Below are positions 61,801-64,000 of a stretch of DNA of 64,000 nucleotides, piece after piece. The DNA comes from a virus. Taxonomy: Duplodnaviria > Heunggongvirae > Uroviricota > Caudoviricetes. The position numbers were made by a program, and so were the translations under genes. Positions within the stretch are counted from its first letter, which is position 1, and each line of letters starts with the position of its first letter. The notes under the pieces were generated by a model. It made no database searches. It had not been told where the DNA came from and saw only the letters and a list, made by a program, of their open reading frames with translations. The DNA lies in the IMG/VR virus record IMGVR_UViG_3300042940_001755; one strand, written 5' to 3'.

Positions 61801-63998
61801 TGAGCGAACGCATCGAATGTTCCAGACTCGAATGACATCGCTGTAGCTGTCATTGTCTTTGCTGCCACAGCTTTGCCTTTGGACAAGAAGTCAGCGAAGA
61901 CAGGGGCGTCCTCTCCTCTATACTGGAAGATAGCGCGGCACACCAATCCCTCCGTTGAGTACGCGCCAGAAACCGCAACTGTTGACAACAGTTTACATTT
62001 AACCACTTGCTTATTGAACGCTGTCTGCACGAGTGTAATTGCGCCAAGTGTAGGCAGTCGGCTGTCGTCCTTGATCGCGTAACAATCGTCGGCCACTGGA
62101 GGGTATGTTAGCACACTACTACATATCGCCTTCGGAAAAGACTTGACATTGTTGATGACTTTAGACTTATCTAACACGAAGCCGCGAACAGTCTGTCTCG
62201 CTACGAAAGCGTGAACGGTATAGTACGCGTAAGCATCAACACCCTTAAACGTGACAGTGACAGGTCCAGCTACGGCAGATACTTCAGCAAACATCGCAGA
62301 AGGCTTTGAGACAATCTCTTTCACTGTCATCGCGTCCACCTTACCATATCCTTCTCCGTCGCCGTCGCGCACTAGCAGCGCCATGATCTTAGTTGAGGCC
62401 GTCGTTTCACCAACCCACTCAAGATTAACAGCAACGTTAGTCTTGGCGTTAGCGATCCGACCATCGTGTGACGCAGCCTTGTCAGTTCCGTACGTGACTG
62501 GTGTAGCGGTAAACGCTAACGTCCCGAGATCCGCGTCCTCATAGATAAACGTTGAGCCTGAGTACTTGACAAGGTCATCAGCAACAAAAGGCTTCCCTGA
62601 CTGAATAGCTGGAAGACGAAGTGCGCCATCCACCAGTGCGTTCACTGTCCTGCACGCCAAGACATGGTATCCGTATACTCCGTACATATCAGGCCATTCC
62701 GGTTTGACTTCTGTATTAACAGAAGTGGTGCCGAGCCCTTTCGCAGCCAAAAAGTCAGCCACAGAGATGGTTGGAGGAATTGCGTCAGGATCAGTACTGT
62801 AGTACGGCAAATAAAGAAGAAAGCTGTTCGCAGAAGGGATTGTCCCGATTTTTGTCACCGTAAACTTTCTAGAAGTAGTTACACTTCCAGGCTGGATATC
62901 GACGACAGTGTCCAGTTTGCTGTATTCAGAAGCACTAGTAGCGATAGCCGCCTTGAGGTCCTCATCTGTATCCCCCGAAAATTGCTTAAATAGGCGTTGG
63001 AACTTAGTCTGAGTAAAAGTATCATTGCCTATGCGGTAGTGCGCGGTGAATTCTACATCAAGAGCATCCCCGCTAAATCCTGGATAGTCACCTACAACAA
63101 GCGCTGTATTCGAAGACACAAACGTAGACACAGTGCCTTGGAGGCCATCCGTAGAGAGTTCCAAAGCCCACTCGCCTGCCGCCAGCGTAGTCGGCCACAT
63201 CCCTTTACATGTCAGTAGCTTGCCTCCAGATGTGAAGACCGCTGTCGTGCCTGAGCCTACCATTGAGAGTGTGCCATTAAGCGCCGTCGGGATAGCCACA
63301 AACGAATTAGTAAGCGACAGACCGGAATCTACAACGCCTTGCATGTTAGCGCCAACCTCCACCACGTCGGCACCTAATAGCTTACCGGAAGGATTGAAGA
63401 TCTCCACCCGCACTCGTAGCGGCAACGCGAGGATATCCGTAGTTGATGTGTTAACTACCAAGGTTGTACTGCTTTCAGTCTGAAGCGTGTCATTGACGTA
63501 CCACTTGATGACAGGGACTGCCACATCACTCAACAAGATACCTAGGTCGCAAGTAAACTTAGCCGACGGTGACTCACATACAAAACTCTGCGAGAATTGC
63601 AATGAAACAGGTCCTTTTATTGAAACAGGTACTGACGCTACTCTGAAGTTTGCTAGAACAAGCTCGACATTTACAGAGGCGTACGTGGCGGCAGAAAGAA
63701 CTAGCGTAGCCTTGGCATGCTCCGTAAGGTCACCAACAGCGATCTCTCTGATGAACAATGCGCCCTCTGTGATGTCGGCTGTAATCCACGAAGGAGACGT
63801 TACCTCTAAATCTAAAGGCGCCGCCGCTAATTCGTTATTGACATACGCACGCACAGGCACCTTGATAGGCAACACCCCTGGCGCCACCACTTGCAGGCCG
63901 TCCAGCGGAACTGAAACATGGGTGTCGACGATTAATGCACGAGAGTTATCAGCTACAGATTTCACAGTAAATTCGTCAATGAGGCCATCAGCTACCAC
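58887..63998 (-). CDS. Giant (at least 1703 aa) virion fibre/adhesin-like structural protein; the 5' end may lie beyond the window
   Basis: Uninterrupted minus-strand ORF rich in T/S/V/A beta-type repeats; no enzymatic motif recognised. Confidence 0.5.
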   Translation of the reverse strand: MVADGLIDEFTVKSVADNSRALIVDTHVSVPLDGLQVVAPGVLPIKVPVRAYVNNELAAAPLDLEVTSPSWITADITEGALFIREIAVGDLTEHAKATLVLSAATYASVNVELVLANFRVASVPVSIKGPVSLQFSQSFVCESPSAKFTCDLGILLSDVAVPVIKWYVNDTLQTESSTTLVVNTSTTDILALPLRVRVEIFNPSGKLLGADVVEVGANMQGVVDSGLSLTNSFVAIPTALNGTLSMVGSGTTAVFTSGGKLLTCKGMWPTTLAAGEWALELSTDGLQGTVSTFVSSNTALVVGDYPGFSGDALDVEFTAHYRIGNDTFTQTKFQRLFKQFSGDTDEDLKAAIATSASEYSKLDTVVDIQPGSVTTSRKFTVTKIGTIPSANSFLLYLPYYSTDPDAIPPTISVADFLAAKGLGTTSVNTEVKPEWPDMYGVYGYHVLACRTVNALVDGALRLPAIQSGKPFVADDLVKYSGSTFIYEDADLGTLAFTATPVTYGTDKAASHDGRIANAKTNVAVNLEWVGETTASTKIMALLVRDGDGEGYGKVDAMTVKEIVSKPSAMFAEVSAVAGPVTVTFKGVDAYAYYTVHAFVARQTVRGFVLDKSKVINNVKSFPKAICSSVLTYPPVADDCYAIKDDSRLPTLGAITLVQTAFNKQVVKCKLLSTVAVSGAYSTEGLVCRAIFQYRGEDAPVFADFLSKGKAVAAKTMTATAMSFESGTFDAFAQVDVYVAVFRAVNEFGIATIVREGKQAYTLAQAAHSIDFNVELPPALPFTATDFTQVLKLPKKVQAALTLSCVKPSSLDLLNRDLLYIAVRPAEDAALTEETLFKTVEGKLTVTNGATLACSVKGVDSFEDWTVYWMVARQISQHAVIPAGWHLFDKAGREERYITDGVHSITKSFAIKTSTGTFTLTNVTPWYSNNRVYGELHYSSSADNTDADVKIIGGLIDYDEDASPAKRLEVFQDGQVMLQNYTAFDKTVGTHVQRLKCDTEHGYFRFWMAIVRKLEGTRGVTGTVVYDAAKDPYLVNSLVFSPSASSDAHMWTDNTIINTPTAVSVTRGKLTKKATAPFTISAVADAGDDTAGVTIRVVYEDVDLDTPETFNHIEVFNATSNVVEFPIGGSAITPAVDAFTRLSLTAIMVREVDPFGLPPEALFWRKKKAYLISSKYSTVVDFIANQDPGTVVLTSASAGDILSLTTQQFNLQYNYSRSETPDDNVDLYVGVVTASGKTDKTPVDPKTIMESTKPLATITTGTDLQHAVKDAPDKGYLRFYAFAVRKLESLHNVTGVVTKVRSSNYVVGPVSYYPPITQSPTNNHDDLSDVEVPTGFAVTQTGDVDGDGMTDVVVTWDARTDVTHWALDIKTAVSEAKLKNASVADIWTGLLDGAATSATRSVPKGRVFKVWLRALRSISVASSKVATQPIVTESTGGKLQSTSTPYLVSAPVTSAVLTSTPYKPVLIASATQPANASLTDRWLNTTTWRLNIKTVSGFVQCSDAEATALITGELATNASIRRTSSTAPTPPSPHYVWVNSSTTTIEGVQRNHGAIWDAAASSWRVISIPSDYVKFRIVSITAATESAAKTAAKTAVASLTCYADCSVLCRDSNGWSVFMTEASGKWSPKFTFAKAAVVTATPDAAYLVANPSIRRVFNLTDNTMWYSPAPNGVAKPFYQVDLSNFKAVVKKASEVGVPFPAELF

Positions 63999-64000
63999 TT

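Noticed and set aside
1-64000. - Looked for an integrase, repressor, attP or other lysogeny module, and for a terminase.
   Set aside because: - Neither was found in the window.
- The phage appears virulent.
- The terminase and remaining structural genes presumably lie beyond coordinate 64000.

Overview
This window looks like part of a T7-like, probably virulent (no integrase or repressor seen) bacteriophage genome of more than 64 kb. Every convincing gene is on the minus strand, so transcription runs from coordinate 64000 towards 1.

In transcription order the window contains:
- Giant tail-fibre or adhesin-like structural genes (64.0-53.4 kb).
- A secreted subtilisin-family (S8) protease.
- A lysis and small-membrane-protein region that carries a duplicated module (51-44.5 kb).
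- A compact single-subunit RNA polymerase gene interrupted by an HNH-AP2 homing-endonuclease ORF (43.6-40.8 kb).
- A tandem-duplicated gp2.5-type SSB.
- A family-A DNA polymerase.
- A 5'-3' exonuclease.
- A T7 gp4-like primase-helicase carrying two inteins (one mini-intein, one LAGLIDADG intein), preceded by a small GIY-YIG nuclease gene.
- An HslV-like Ntn hydrolase.
- A UvrD-like helicase.
- Thioredoxin.
- Class I RNR (NrdA/NrdB).
- An SPFH/flotillin-like protein.
- A NadV plus NMNAT-Nudix pair forming an NAD+ salvage pathway (NARP2-type anti-defence).
- ATP-dependent DNA ligase.
- RNase H.
- Many small ORFs of unknown function.
- At the left end, a ~900 bp non-coding region and tandem 161-bp repeats full of CTTTAAAG palindromes.

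Several families of conserved non-coding motifs recur through the window:
- A class A 23-bp motif upstream of six genes.
- A class B T7-promoter-like motif (CTTATATGAAAG) upstream of five genes.
- Four intrinsic terminators sharing a CCTAT(T)n tail.
- Four ~70% GC islands.
- Hairpin-pair elements that follow stop codons in the duplicated module.

All domain calls come from reading motifs in the translated ORFs. No database search was run.
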